DNA of 35,407 nt from Candidatus Omnitrophota bacterium (GTDB lineage Bacteria; Omnitrophota; Omnitrophia; Omnitrophales; Danuiimicrobiaceae). Every line of letters begins with the position of its first letter. The stretch's first letter is position 1. Below, piece by piece: positions 35,374 through 35,407 of the stretch. The stretch spans positions 1 through 35,407 of the forward strand of contig JACOVU010000029.1 in the NCBI GenBank assembly GCA_016177155.1, in the 5' to 3' direction. A program made the position numbers and the translations under genes. Below the pieces are notes generated by a model. It was not told the DNA's origin, did not search any database, and saw nothing but the letters and a program-made list of their open reading frames with translations.

Positions 35374-35407
35374 TCATATCTTCCCTCTAACTGCCTCAAC
35401 GGCTTTC
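35374..35407 (-). CDS. sucC: Probable 3' end of succinyl-CoA synthetase beta subunit
   Basis: Only KAVEAVRGKI* is visible; it resembles SucC C-termini and lies upstream of sucD. Confidence 0.55.
   Translation of the reverse strand, partial: KAVEAVRGKI

Noticed and set aside
35073-35399. 108-aa ORF between sucC and sucD
   Set aside because: It overlaps the probable sucC end out of frame, runs through palindromic elements and has no recognisable motif.

Overview
Bacterial chromosomal window of mostly minus-strand housekeeping genes; only ino1 is on +. In coordinate order: acs (partial), a small hypothetical gene, a six-gene two-component/c-di-GMP cluster, a tetrapyrrole cluster (hemB, cobA/hemD, hemC, hemA, ccsA, sirC-like), a REC-GGDEF-MshEN fusion, panB, folD, a cyclohydrolase, class II ribonucleotide reductase nrdJ with two NrdR boxes, mnmE, folC, purH, pabC/pabB-like genes, DUF1015, a tRNA-binding protein, ino1, a pyruvoyl arginine decarboxylase, an amidohydrolase, a circularly permuted ATP-grasp protein, sucD and the tail of sucC. 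The most unusual signal is non-coding: short inverted-repeat elements with conserved ends and variable interiors. Three copies read ATGA-TCCCCCACCACTTT...AAAGTGGTGGGGG-ATGA and run exactly from one gene's stop codon to the next gene's start codon. Two related copies start in TATAAT boxes and share a three-hairpin interior. A second family (CCCCGTTAGAAA...TTTCTAACGGGG, two copies) is flanked by TAAR repeats, and other palindromes lie in frame inside two enzyme genes and in the sucC-sucD spacer. No transposase, rRNA, tRNA or CRISPR array was seen. Product calls come from motifs recognised by eye; no database search was run.
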